A stretch of DNA of 64,000 nt from positions 94,302,001 through 94,366,000 of the forward strand of contig NC_043002.1 in assembly GCF_006345805.1 (NCBI RefSeq). The letters run 5' to 3'. Position numbers and translations under genes: made by a program. Below the pieces are notes generated by a model. It worked only from the letters and a program-made list of their open reading frames with translations, did not search any database and was not told the DNA's origin. The stretch comes from Octopus sinensis (taxonomy: Eukaryota). Of the stretch, positions 52,538 to 64,000 are shown piece by piece. Each line of letters begins with the position of its first letter. Position 1 is the stretch's first letter.

Positions 52538-52698
52538 GACGGGCTTTCAGTTCCCGTCTACCAAATCCACCCACAAGGCTTTGGTCGGTCCGAGGCTATA
52601 GCAACAGACACTTGCCCAAGGTGTCACGCAGTGGGACTGAACCCGGAACCATGTGGTTGGTAAGCAAGCTACTTACCACACAGCCACTCCTGCGCCTA
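52290..52698 (-). mobile_element. SINE family A, full length
   Basis: Reverse complement of 711-1078. Confidence 0.88.
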
Positions 52699-53036
52699 AT
52701 ACTGAATTTCTACACGTCCTATTTGGATATGTGTTTCTAGGAGAGTGATAGGGTTCTTCCTGATGAACAACCAGTGATGATAACCTGAACTTCTAGAACA
52801 CACTGTATAAATTGATTACATAGTATTCTCACCGGGAAAGATTGGAAGCTAAACTTATGCATGGTGTCTGTTTATAGATAGGTGGATTGAGGCTGTGAAA
52901 TTCTTTAATATGGCCCCGGTGCTACACTGGTGACAAGTACTGCCGTCTTGATTAAGTGTATTTCCAGTTAATCGGTATATTTCTCATGCATTGGATGTGT
53001 GTGTGTGTGTGTATGCGTAACTGTGTGTATGTGAGC

Positions 53037-53075
<39 letters not shown>

Positions 53076-53106
53076 TGCACATAGACATACATATACACAC
53101 ATATAA

Positions 53107-53183
<77 letters not shown>

Positions 53184-53189
53184 TACACA

Positions 53190-53402
53190 CGAGAGGGTGT
53201 TTCAAAAGTTCTTGGCTTTGGGTAAAAGAAAATCCAGGATCAATTAATTATGATTTTATTTCATATATTCCCATCTCAGATTCACACACTTATTGCAGCA
53301 GTCCTTCAGTCTTGTAAGACCCGTGAATAACTCGGAAGGTTGAACCTACAACCAGGCCTTTCGCAATACCTATAAAGTCAGGAACTTTTCAGCACCCCAT
53401 CG
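53190..53402. mobile_element. ~215-bp mariner-type MITE
   Basis: Imperfect TIRs CGAGAGGGTGTTTCAAAAGTTCTTGGCTTT / AAAGTCAGGAACTTTTCAGCACCCCATCG within TA-rich flanks. Confidence 0.7.
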
Positions 53403-53411
53403 TATATATAT

Positions 53412-53443
<32 letters not shown>

Positions 53444-54479
53444 CATACACACACTTATACGTATATACATATATTTATATATGTATATATGCATTTATAT
53501 TGATACATTTCAGTACACACGATTTTTACAAATACATTCGTACATACATTCATGCGTACATACGTAGATGTATGTATACATGCATCTATGTACTTACATA
53601 TGTATATATGAATGCATGTATAACATCATGAGCGTATATTCTGAGTGTACTGGGAAGTTACTGTACACCCACCTTAAATGGCAAAGGTTTCCTTAATTGG
53701 GTTTTTGCAGTCTCATGATATGGCCTGGTCTTAATTTGTTTTCACATCTAATAAAGCATCCAGGCCCCAAAGTTGAAACCATATTTTATAAGGAAGTAAC
53801 CTAATTTTTAGGATTTCTAAGATTTTATAGGGAAGTAATCCACTTTTTAGGAATTCTGAAATTCAGCAGAGTAGCAAAGTGCACAACGTATGACGGCAAC
53901 CATCTTACATCATCTTGTGTAGGCTTCATATTATTGAGTGCGTCTTTATGTACATTTCGTTATTACATAATTATTCTTATGAATATATTATTCTAATTGT
54001 ATCCATGGGCAGTTACATACAACACGAGATCCTTTTCGGTCACCCGAATTTACAGTGAAGACGACGAATCAATGAAGGAGCCTCTAATCGGTCGCTTTAT
54101 CTGTGAAAAATTCTTTCGAATCTTCCTCCAATCGTATCTATAAGTCTTAAAGAAAGATGTGAGGGAAACGTTGTATCTGATATAAAAAAAGAAAATACGG
54201 TGCTCCAGCATGGCCGCAGCCAAATGACTAAAATAAGTAAAAGAATAAAAGAATAAAAGAATTAATGTATAACTTTTAATGGGGGTTAGTTGTTATGAAT
54301 AAATTTGGGTGTGATGATTGGCTATATTAAAGAATAGTTGCACAAACTATCAGCGAATGGCTAAATGACCATGGAATTAACTGTATTCCACATACGATGT
54401 ATGGCGCTCTAGTTCTCTTAGTTTATAAAAGTAAAACGTTTACACAACCCTAAATTGACGAGAAAAGATAGCAGATATC

Positions 54480-54842
54480 GGATCTTTTCAGTTTGAACGG
54501 CAGTTTTTAACATAATTTCTAGGTAACTAAAAAAATTTTAACTTCGTATACTGGTAGAATGTGTTTATAAAACATCTTTTTCTCTTGGCTTTATTGAGAA
54601 AATTCTATAGTTTGTAAGATATTTGTTGTTGTTTTTTCTTCAATTTCTGCAATTTCAACCAATCACTGACGTGTATTGAGGTAAAAAACATTCTGTGCCG
54701 TATGAATATGTCCTTCGTTTAAGAAACAGATTAGGTTTATTTACATTTCTGAAGAAAAAAGATACCCTTCCCTCCGCCCCTAACCCTAACCTTAACTCTA
54801 ACTAACCCTAACCCTAAAACAGATTGAAATGCAATAGATTGA
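54480..54842. mobile_element. GGATC-TIR MITE with (CCCTAA)n, right-truncated
   Basis: Matches 60048-60405. Confidence 0.85.
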
Positions 54843-55369
54843 TATTGCATATGTAGATAATATTCATATATAATATTATTCAATCTCGATACAGAAATGT
54901 AGAGTTTGTAATCAGAATATATACATTTACTATAAAACAAGCTTCAAAATATTTGGCAATCAAGTATTTCAAAGTGAGCGGGCTGGTCTTCTTCAGGGTA
55001 TGTACAAAGAACGTTCTTCGCTAGTAAGACAAAATCTGGACTATGAATAAGACGCTTGCCTAAATTTTACGTATATAAGGCAAAGAGCAAAGAGCAAAGA
55101 ATACAGGGATAAAGTGAAAAATTTACGGACACATTTCGCCCATCTCTATTATTCTTGCTCAACGCAGAGTAGATTTTTGATTCGCTGGCAACAGCTGTCA
55201 CGCTGAACACTTAGTCACATACCATATTGGATGCTATTTATTTGAAACTTGCGCACCCTGAATAAAGAACGAAGACCAGTCAACTACATTGATGATATTG
55301 GTAGGGATATACGCATGAAACTAAGAATCTACCAAAGTAACAAAAAGTTTACGTGACTGTTACTCATTT

Positions 55370-55609
55370 TATTGACCTGAAAAGATAAAATGCAAAGTCG
55401 ACCTTGGTGGAACTTGAACTCAGAACGTAGGGACAGACGGACGAAACACCACGAAGTATTTTGCGGGACGTGCTAACGATTTTGCCAGCACGTCGCCTTA
55501 ACATAAAGAAAATTATTGCCTTCTAATTTTGGCACAAGGCTTGCAAGTTCAGGAGAGGGGTGCAAGTCGATTACATCGACCCCACCAACCCTAGTGCTCA
55601 ACTGGTACT
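55370..55609 (-). mobile_element. SINE family B
   Basis: Family B motifs on the minus strand, abutting the MITE at 55610. Confidence 0.7.
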
Positions 55610-55857
55610 GGATCTTTTCGGCTTGACCGGCAGTTTTTTAAAATAATTTCCACGTAACTAAACACTTTTAAACTTCGTATACTGGTAGAATGTGTTTATA
55701 AAACATTTTCCTCTTGGCTTTATTGAGAAAATTCTATAGTTTGTAAGATATGTGTTGTTTTTTCTTCAATTTCTGCAATTTCAACCAATCAATGACGTCT
55801 ATTGAGGTGAAAACATTCTGTGCCGTATGAAAATGTCCCTCGTTTAAGAAACAGATG
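55610..55857. mobile_element. GGATC-TIR MITE, right-truncated
   Basis: GGATCTTTTCGGCTTGACCGGCAGTTTTT...CTCGTTTAAGAAACAGAT. Confidence 0.85.
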
Positions 55858-56324
55858 AATAAGGAAGGGGTGATGGCAAACTTGGTGGTGGGATAATGGA
55901 AATTCTACGGTGAAAAAAATCAAACAGCGTTTCATCTCTGTGTGAGTATACGTGTATGGTATATGGGAGGTATGTGAATGTGTGTGTGTGTATGTGTGTG
56001 TGAGTGTGTGTGTGCAATGGAAGTGGGATAGTGAACATTCAACGCCGAAAAGAAAAATCAAACAGCATTTCAACTCTGAGTATGTGTGTGTGCATGTATG
56101 CGCGTACAAGGGAAGTATGTGAATGTATGCGTGAACCAGCGTTCTTTCAGTAACAAATGATGATCGATCTCAAAAGACAATCACTAGATAACATTGATAA
56201 GTAAGTGTATTAATTTGATTTACCATCCATATTCTAACAGTTTTGTTAAAAATAATTCTTACAATCACACACACCTACACAAACATATACATATACAAAC
56301 TCATTAGAGAAAATAATTATTCTT

Positions 56325-56532
56325 TTCTACTCTAGGTACAAGGCCCGAAATTCTCGTGAAGAAGGCCAGTCGATTAGATCGACCCCAGTACGCAACTGGT
56401 ACTTAATTTTTCGACCCCGAAAGGATGAAAGGCAAAGTCGACCTCGGCGGAATTTGAACTCAGAACGAAAAGACAGACAAAATACCAAGAATTTCACCCG
56501 TTGTACTAACGTTTCTGCCAGCTCGCCGCCTT
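56325..56532 (-). mobile_element. SINE family B
   Basis: Reverse complement of the family B consensus. Confidence 0.85.
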
Positions 56533-56901
56533 TAAAACCGCAAATATTACGTGATTTTTCATTTAGAATTTTCTCGTAAACTGGCGTTGCAAATTGAGAG
56601 GGTACGGAAACAACTGTAACTTATAATTCAAGATGGGTTAAGGAATATCTCTTGTCTTCTTTTCATTATGATATAAACATATATATATATATATATATAA
56701 TATATATTATATATATATGTGTTGTGTGTGTGTGTGTTGTGTGTGTGTGTGTGTGAGTGTGTATATATATATTATATATATATATATAATATATATATAT
56801 ATATAGTGTGTGTGTGTGTGTATGTATGTATATGTATATATATATATATATGTGTTGTGTGTGTGTGTGTATATATATATAGTGTGTGTGTGTGTGTATG
56901 T

Positions 56902-56939
<38 letters not shown>

Positions 56940-56946
56940 ATGTATG

Positions 56947-56996
<50 letters not shown>

Positions 56997-57071
56997 TAAT
57001 AATATAGGGTGAAATTAATTAATTTGGAATAATCATTAAATTCACCAAGTAGATTTCGGCATGTAAAAGCC

Positions 57072-57144
<73 letters not shown>

Positions 57145-57184
57145 TTGGTGATACAGACAGAAAAGCAAAACTCTTTATTTTACT

Positions 57185-57376
57185 TGCTTTAGTCATTTGA
57201 TTGTGGCCATACTGGGGCAACGTCTTGAAGTATTTACTCGAACAAGTTGAAACCAACGATTAGTATTCTTTTAAAGCCTGGTTTTAAGTAAATCAAAACT
57301 GGTTGTCAAGCGATGTTGGTGTTGGTGGACCAAGCACAAACACAAAGTCAAAAACACATAGATATATACATACATA

Positions 57377-57470
<94 letters not shown>

Positions 57471-57668
57471 AACAAACACACACGCACACATTCGAATGGT
57501 TTCTCTCAGTTTCCGTCTACCAAATTCCCTCCCAGTGCTTCGTGAGGGAATCTTCTAGGCCCAAGACTACAGTAGATGACATTTGTCCAAGGTGCCACGC
57601 AATGGGACTGAACTCAAAACCATGTGGGTGAGAAGTGAACTTGTTACGATGTGCCACGACTGCGCCTT
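57185..57668 (-). mobile_element. SINE family A (diverged, long internal CA run)
   Basis: GTCATTTGATTGTGGCCAT tail, (CA)n, then the CAGTTTCCGTCTACCAAAT...GGGACTGAAC head. Confidence 0.72.
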
Positions 57669-57742
57669 ATTTTTATTATTAAGTTTCGTCCATTGGTACT
57701 TAACGAACCATGTGTGTGTGTGTGTATGTGTGTGTGTGTGTG

Positions 57743-57780
<38 letters not shown>

Positions 57781-58142
57781 TTACATAAACTCTCACTCTC
57801 ACATACACGGGTACGCAAATGCGTATAAACAAAGTTACTATAAGTATGCTAAAGTAAAAGTAACTATACCAATATAAGCGCCTATGCTCGTATATGACCA
57901 TTCTTACAGCTGTCTAAATACATTAGCAAGACCGTAATCATAGAGATAGATTTGAGAAACAAAAAGTTTTTCTGAACGAATCTGAAATGACAGATCAGGA
58001 ATCGACCTCTTATATTGACGTTTATTTTAATTTTCTCTATACTTTGTTATTTATAATCATGTGAACACACTCGATCACGAGAAACTTATCTTCAGTCTGT
58101 CTTGTTTTCTCTCACTTCCTCCTGCATACTAGCACACACAGA

Positions 58143-58289
<147 letters not shown>

Positions 58290-59380
58290 TTAAATTCATA
58301 TATATACGTGTATATATATATTTATATACACTGTATATATATATAAGTATATATATATATATACATATACATATACATATAAATATACAGTGTATATAAA
58401 TATATATATACCCGTATATATATATACATATACATATACATATATATATATACGGGTATATATATATTTATATACACTGTATATTTATATACATATATAT
58501 ATATATATATATAAGCGTATGTGTGTCTGTGTGTGTGTATTTAAGTATACATATGTAGAAAAAGAAAGAGGGAGAAAGAAAGATAATAGGTAGATAGATA
58601 GATGATAGATAGACAATAGATAGATGGATACATACATACATACAATACATTCATACATAAGTGTCTTTACATACATATATACAAACACACACTCATATAC
58701 AACGTATTTAATGGCAAAGAGAAATAAATGCACAGAAATATATCGTATATGTGCATATGCATACACAAATGCATCCGACTGTTGGTTGACACAATTACAT
58801 ACGAATGCATTTTCAGCATATTCGTAGAACGAGATGCATAGAATGCCTTGTACACAAAAGAACAGAAATTATCTACATACACACGCACAACCACGCATAT
58901 TATATGCATGCATATATCCGTTTATAGATATACATAATTCAATTTAGTGCTTTTCAAACACATTCTAATCTATCTATCTATCTACGTTCGTTTCAGTTTG
59001 TGTATGAAATATATGAGTGTGAGTACAATATATTCATACTGACACTAATATTGATAAATTGGTTTAAGGAAAAAAAAAACATTCAAATATTTGTATATAG
59101 AAAGGGTGTAAATTTAGTGCCAATAAATAATTTGGAGTGTCGTATCGGAATGAGAAATCGATGACTCCATGAGTAGATGGTTAGAAAGGACGAATCGATC
59201 AATGTTAGTTATAATCAGAGTTCCCCAGCTAATGATGATAGATATAGATATGTCATGTTCCTTTACGTTTTTCGGTAGAACACTTGACAATCTTAAGAGA
59301 CTACGTAAGATAGGGTTAATGCTAACATCAAAATTTCCCTTTCACGCACACACATGCACGCGGATAACACACACACACAA

Positions 59381-59474
<94 letters not shown>

Positions 59475-60047
59475 TTATGTTTGCACTTTCGGACAAAAAT
59501 ACTGATGTCAGGAGATTATGATAGAAAATTTGGAGCCCTATCTCCAGAAACAGGAAGCAGAAAATATAACCAAAAAAACAAACAAACAAACAACAACAAA
59601 AAACAAACAATAAACAAAAGCAAAGGATTATATGATGGATGAGTGAGTGGAAAACGAGTCGGTGATCTTTGTGTAAACATAATTTATCACAGATCTGTGA
59701 AACAATAAAAATAAAGCAGAAAATACTAGCGCAAAAACAATGTACAGAAATGGATATAGGGTACGAAAACGCACCGCGAGATTAAGATATGCTATGATTG
59801 TTAGGCTCATGGAATGGCCGGTCTCTCTTAGAGCTGGTTTCGAAAAGTGAGAACAACGTTCAAATTGCGCATGAAGCAACGTTCCTTCTAACGTTCTATT
59901 CTCGATGAAATACGTTATTTTATGATAGTGAGTTCGAATGGGTTCGAAATGGGTTCGAAAGAAAAAAAAGCGCTGAAAATTACAAATAGCTAAATTTTAC
60001 GCTATCTCCTCTTTTTCTTTTTTTGTTATAATATAAATGTCTAGTAT

Positions 60048-60483
60048 GGATCTTTTCGGTTTGAACGTCAGTTTTTAAAAATAATTTCCACGTAACTAAA
60101 CACTTTTAAACTTCGTATACTGGTAGAATGTGTTTATAAAACATCTTTTTCTCTTGGCTTTATTGAGAAAATTCTATAGTTTGTAAGATATTTGTTGTTT
60201 TTTTTCTTTAATTTTAACCAATCACTGACGTCTATTGAGGTAAAAAACATTCTGTGCCGTATAAATATGTCCCTCGTTTAAGAAAGAGATTGGGTTTATT
60301 TACATTTGTGAAGAAAAAAAGATACCCTTCCCCCACCCCTAACCCTGTCCCTAACCCTAACCCTAACTAACCCTAACCATAATACAGATTGAAATGCAAT
60401 AGATCGATACTAGGGTCATAATTATGGGTGACAATTTCATATGACACCGCTAGAAAAAACTGCCGTTCAAACCGAAAAGATCC
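60048..60483. mobile_element. Complete 436-bp MITE with ~29-bp TIRs, 8-bp TSD and internal (CCCTAA)n
   Basis: TIRs GGATCTTTTCGGTTTGAACG(T)CAGTTTTT / AAAAACTGCCGTTCAAACCGAAAAGATCC. TCTAGTAT at 60040-60047 and 60484-60491. Confidence 0.93.
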
Positions 60484-61090
60484 TCTAGTATGTATAAAAT
60501 GATACATTATTCATAGAGTAGAAAAGTTTAGATTGCTGGAAAATATGCTGAGATTCATCAGTAATACAATTGGCTCCTTTCATCGAGTCACTATGTCTAT
60601 TAGCATAAAAACAACTTGGTGTTTGTGAAATTCGTCTTTATTTAGACGAAAATGCATATCCTTCGCCTAATACGAAGATACATGACTCAGTGGTTTGAGT
60701 GTTTTGCTCCTGATCTTAATGTTGTGGAGCGGACTGTGCGTTTCGTCTTTTGAGTAAGGCATTTTATTTCACATTGCTCCAGTTTCTCATGCTCCGATGG
60801 GTCAGGGGTAGGAGGGCCGAGAGGGCGTCAATGTCTTTTAGTGCTTGCATAGGAACCTAACACAATTTGCGAAAGCATGGTACATGTTACTAGGTCATAC
60901 GCGCTTGCCAATGACAGTTATGGTCTTTTTTTTTTGAGCATATCTTTCAATATCCGTAACAAAGTGTCAACTTTGGTAATTTGGTATTCATGATTCCAGT
61001 ATATAACGGAATGGCCGTTTAGATTTCGTAGGTCCTCGAAGTTTCTGTTTTGCACTGATGTTGTCATGTACGAGAAATATATATATATAT

Positions 61091-61380
61091 TTGTTCCTTC
61101 TTGAGCGATGCCTGGCTCATAAGGGCCGGTTTCCCGGTTTCTTGGCGTATAGGTTCCCCACCTGGACGGGACGCCGTTCCGTCGCAGGTGTGCTGCAAGA
61201 TGCAGGAGGAAAGAGTGAGAGAAAGTTGTGGCGAAAGAGTCAGCAGAAGTTCGCCATTACCTTCTGCCGGAGCCGCGTGGAGCTTAGGTGTTTCGCTCAT
61301 AAACACACACATCGCCCAGTCTGAGATTCGAACCCGCGATCCCTCGACCGTGAGTCCGCTGCTCTAACCACTAGGACATA
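61091..61380 (-). mobile_element. SINE family C (tail type 1)
   Basis: Near-identical to 5005-5308. Confidence 0.87.
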
Positions 61381-62106
61381 TACGAGAAATAAATGCCAAC
61401 CACCTCAAATCACATCCTACCGACAGGAATAGAAAATGTAATTCTAGATACGCAATACCCGAGTAAATTACTGAGCTCATTTAAATATGAAAATGTAAGA
61501 ATACAATAGCTCTGACTAGAACAGGAATAATTTAGTTGTAGACTGACTAACATTTTGGTGGTTTGTATAACAGGATGGAATTATCGCCCTCTTTCCTCAC
61601 TTAAATCGAAACCTGAATCCAGCAAGATCATCCACTATTTCTGGTAGAGTTAAAATAAAATTACTCCTATAATAAAATTTATTAACCAATGACTAAAATG
61701 GAGACTTCAACATGATTCCCTCCAAGTGCTTATCAAAATTTTTACGTCAGTATGATCAAACGAAAGAACCTCTTCTTGTTCGCTCGATCTAATAAAAATG
61801 GTTGTCAAATACTTCAAATTACGCCCTACCAACTTTACGAGAGAAAAGAGGTCTAGGTACGCAATTCCCGATAAAAAAAAAATCGATTAGAACGCCTTTG
61901 ACAAATTTACTCAGTGAAAGCTAATCCGAGTCGAAGCAACCACAATAGCTCCATTATGTCAACTTGATACAACACGTTAGAGTTGCACTTAACATTTAGA
62001 TTACTTTGCATTTACATTATTTACATTATTTACATTTGACGGATACTTGTCCTCATCTTGTTTGTTGTTAACACAACGTTTCATCTGTTATACCCTCCAG
62101 CCTTCA

Positions 62107-62181
62107 TCACGAGCATATGGCGTAGTGGTTAAGAGCGCGGGCTACTAACCCCAACATTTCGAGTTCGATTCCAGGCAGTAA

Positions 62182-62228
<47 letters not shown>

Positions 62229-62265
62229 TCGAAAAACAGCTTAGGAATGAGAACCCAGGTTCGGA
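62107..62265 (+). mobile_element. tRNA-derived SINE with internal (AAT)n
   Basis: TGGCGTAGTGGTTAAGAGCGCGGGCTACTAACCCC...GAGTTCGATTCC (A and B boxes) followed by (AAT)n. Confidence 0.65.
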
Positions 62266-62339
62266 CACTGTTGATTTTATACTATATTTCCACACCTTGT
62301 TGATTAACCAAAATGGAACTACAAAATATACAAAAACAA

Positions 62340-62490
62340 GCAGGCACAGGTGTGAGTGTGTGGTAAGAGGCTTGCTTCCCAACCGCATGGTTCCGGGTTC
62401 AGTCTCACTGTGTGGCATTTCTACTGTAGCCTCGAGCTGACCAAAGCCTTGTGACTGGATTTCGTAGACAGAAACTGAAAGAAACACGTC

Positions 62491-62492
<2 letters not shown>
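62340..62492 (+). mobile_element. SINE family A head
   Basis: GGCACAGGTGTGAGTGTGTGGTAAG...GAAACTGAAAGAAACACGTCG. Confidence 0.75.
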
Positions 62493-62525
<33 letters not shown>

Positions 62526-62596
62526 AATAAATAAAATATATGCATACATACATACATATATGTACGTACCTACATCTACATGTATATATACATATA

Positions 62597-62915
62597 TTCC
62601 TGCGAAAGAATTAAATAAAATTCCTTTGCAGAGGGGTAAAAACAAGGAAAGAAAAACATGTGACAAGAACGGGACGTAAAAGCAATACAAATATAAAAAC
62701 AATACAAAATAAAAATACAAATACAAAAAAATGCAGTACAAATAAAGAATAATCTGTTTTTATTCTTTATTTGTACTGTATTTTTTTGTATTTGTATTTT
62801 TATTTTGTATTTGTTTTTTATTTGTATTGCTTTTACGTCCCGTTCTTGTCACATTTTTTTCTTTCCTTGTTTTTACCCCTCTGCAAAGGAATTTTATTTA
62901 ATTCTTTCGCAGGAA
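62597..62915. repeat. ~155-bp-arm palindrome with ~7-nt loop
   Basis: 62597-62752 is the near-exact reverse complement of 62760-62915. Confidence 0.92.
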
Positions 62916-63282
62916 GGACTGTTTCGATGGGTCGTGTTCTGTCCTTAACTTCGAAACACGCATGGAGTCGAACTAAGGACAGCTGATGAAGGGGAATATT
63001 CCTTGTATTGTTTGTCTTGTACTCTGTTTTTTCGTTGTTAAAAAAAGTCCGTTTCCATGTTTGTTTTTACGTTTTCGTTTCTCGTTGAGTTCTGCGTCTA
63101 TTTGTGGTGCCCTGTACTCATATATATATAGGCATGTAAATATACATGTAGATGTAGGTACGTACATATATGTATGTATGCATATATTTTTATCTATTAA
63201 ATTATTGCATGACTGAGCGCCCTCGCGTCGTTTCGTTTCTTTTCTGTTCTCCAAGTAAGTTTATATATATATATATATATAT

Positions 63283-63569
63283 ATCACCGTGATCACCGTG
63301 ACCGACCAGGCTATCAGATGTTGCTACACATCGCTAGTCACAATGCGCTTCGCATTGTTTTTAGCCTTCAAATGACGCCACCCCACTGGCTAAGCGAGCA
63401 GGCCAACAGAAGAAAGAGTGAGAAAAGGTAGTGGCGAAAGATCGCCGGAGCTTCATGTTTTGACTTGATTTAGTTCAATAAACACTCACAACGCCCGGTC
63501 TGGGAATCGAAACCGCGATCCTACGACCGCCAGTCCGCTGCCCTTACCACTGGGCCATTGCGCCTCCAC
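63283..63569 (-). mobile_element. SINE family C (tail type 2)
   Basis: Reverse complement of the 24141 type. Confidence 0.85.
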
Positions 63570-63570
63570 A

Positions 63571-63619
<49 letters not shown>

Positions 63620-63679
63620 CAATCATATATGTGCGTGTTTGTGTGTGTGTGTGTTCGTATGTGTGTGTATGTGTTTGTG

Positions 63680-63850
63680 CCTCTGTTTGTCCCCAACCAC
63701 CACTTGACAATCGGTGCTGGTGGGTTTATGTCTCCATAACTTAGCGGTTCGACAAAAGTACCAAGCTTTAAATAAATAAGTACTAGGGTCGATTCATTCA
63801 ACTAAAATTCCTTCTTTGCGGTGACCCAGCATACCTCTAGTATTAGTGAC
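63680..63850 (+). mobile_element. SINE family A 3' half (diverged)
   Basis: CACTTGACAATCGGTGCTGG...AACTTAGCGGTTCG...GGGTCGAT. Confidence 0.65.
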
Positions 63851-64000
63851 TGAAGCAAGTTAGAAGATAAAACAAGAAGATTAAACCACAACGGAGTGAG
63901 TAGAGCACAAGGAAAACAAGCATTTGTATAATTTGAGTTTCTGATTTGTGTTCCGTTTCCTGTTATATCTAGCACACTTCTTTTGCACTGCTTATACCCT

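Overview
AT-rich, microsatellite-dense eukaryotic non-coding DNA, most likely from an octopus. That assignment is inferred from the tRNA-derived SINE families and the (TA)n/(TATC)n/(CA)n load. I find no convincing host protein-coding gene, and nearly all ORF-track entries are microsatellite or SINE translations. The window holds one long, frameshifted Tx1/L1-type LINE (about 12.9-17.3 kb), Penelope-like element (PLE) remnants, mariner, DD41D and Tigger transposase relics, non-autonomous Helitrons, an 8-bp-TSD MITE family carrying (CCCTAA)n, and several modular SINE families. The most notable signals are structural. (1) The LINE sits in a (TATC)n tract, has a ~190-bp fold-back at its 5' end, and lies next to an empty-site duplicate. 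(2) Two insertions were copied from nearby DNA with microhomology junctions, one with an iterative template-switch scar. (3) Several long fold-back palindromes occur. Some duplications or palindromes could be assembly artefacts; this cannot be settled without reads.
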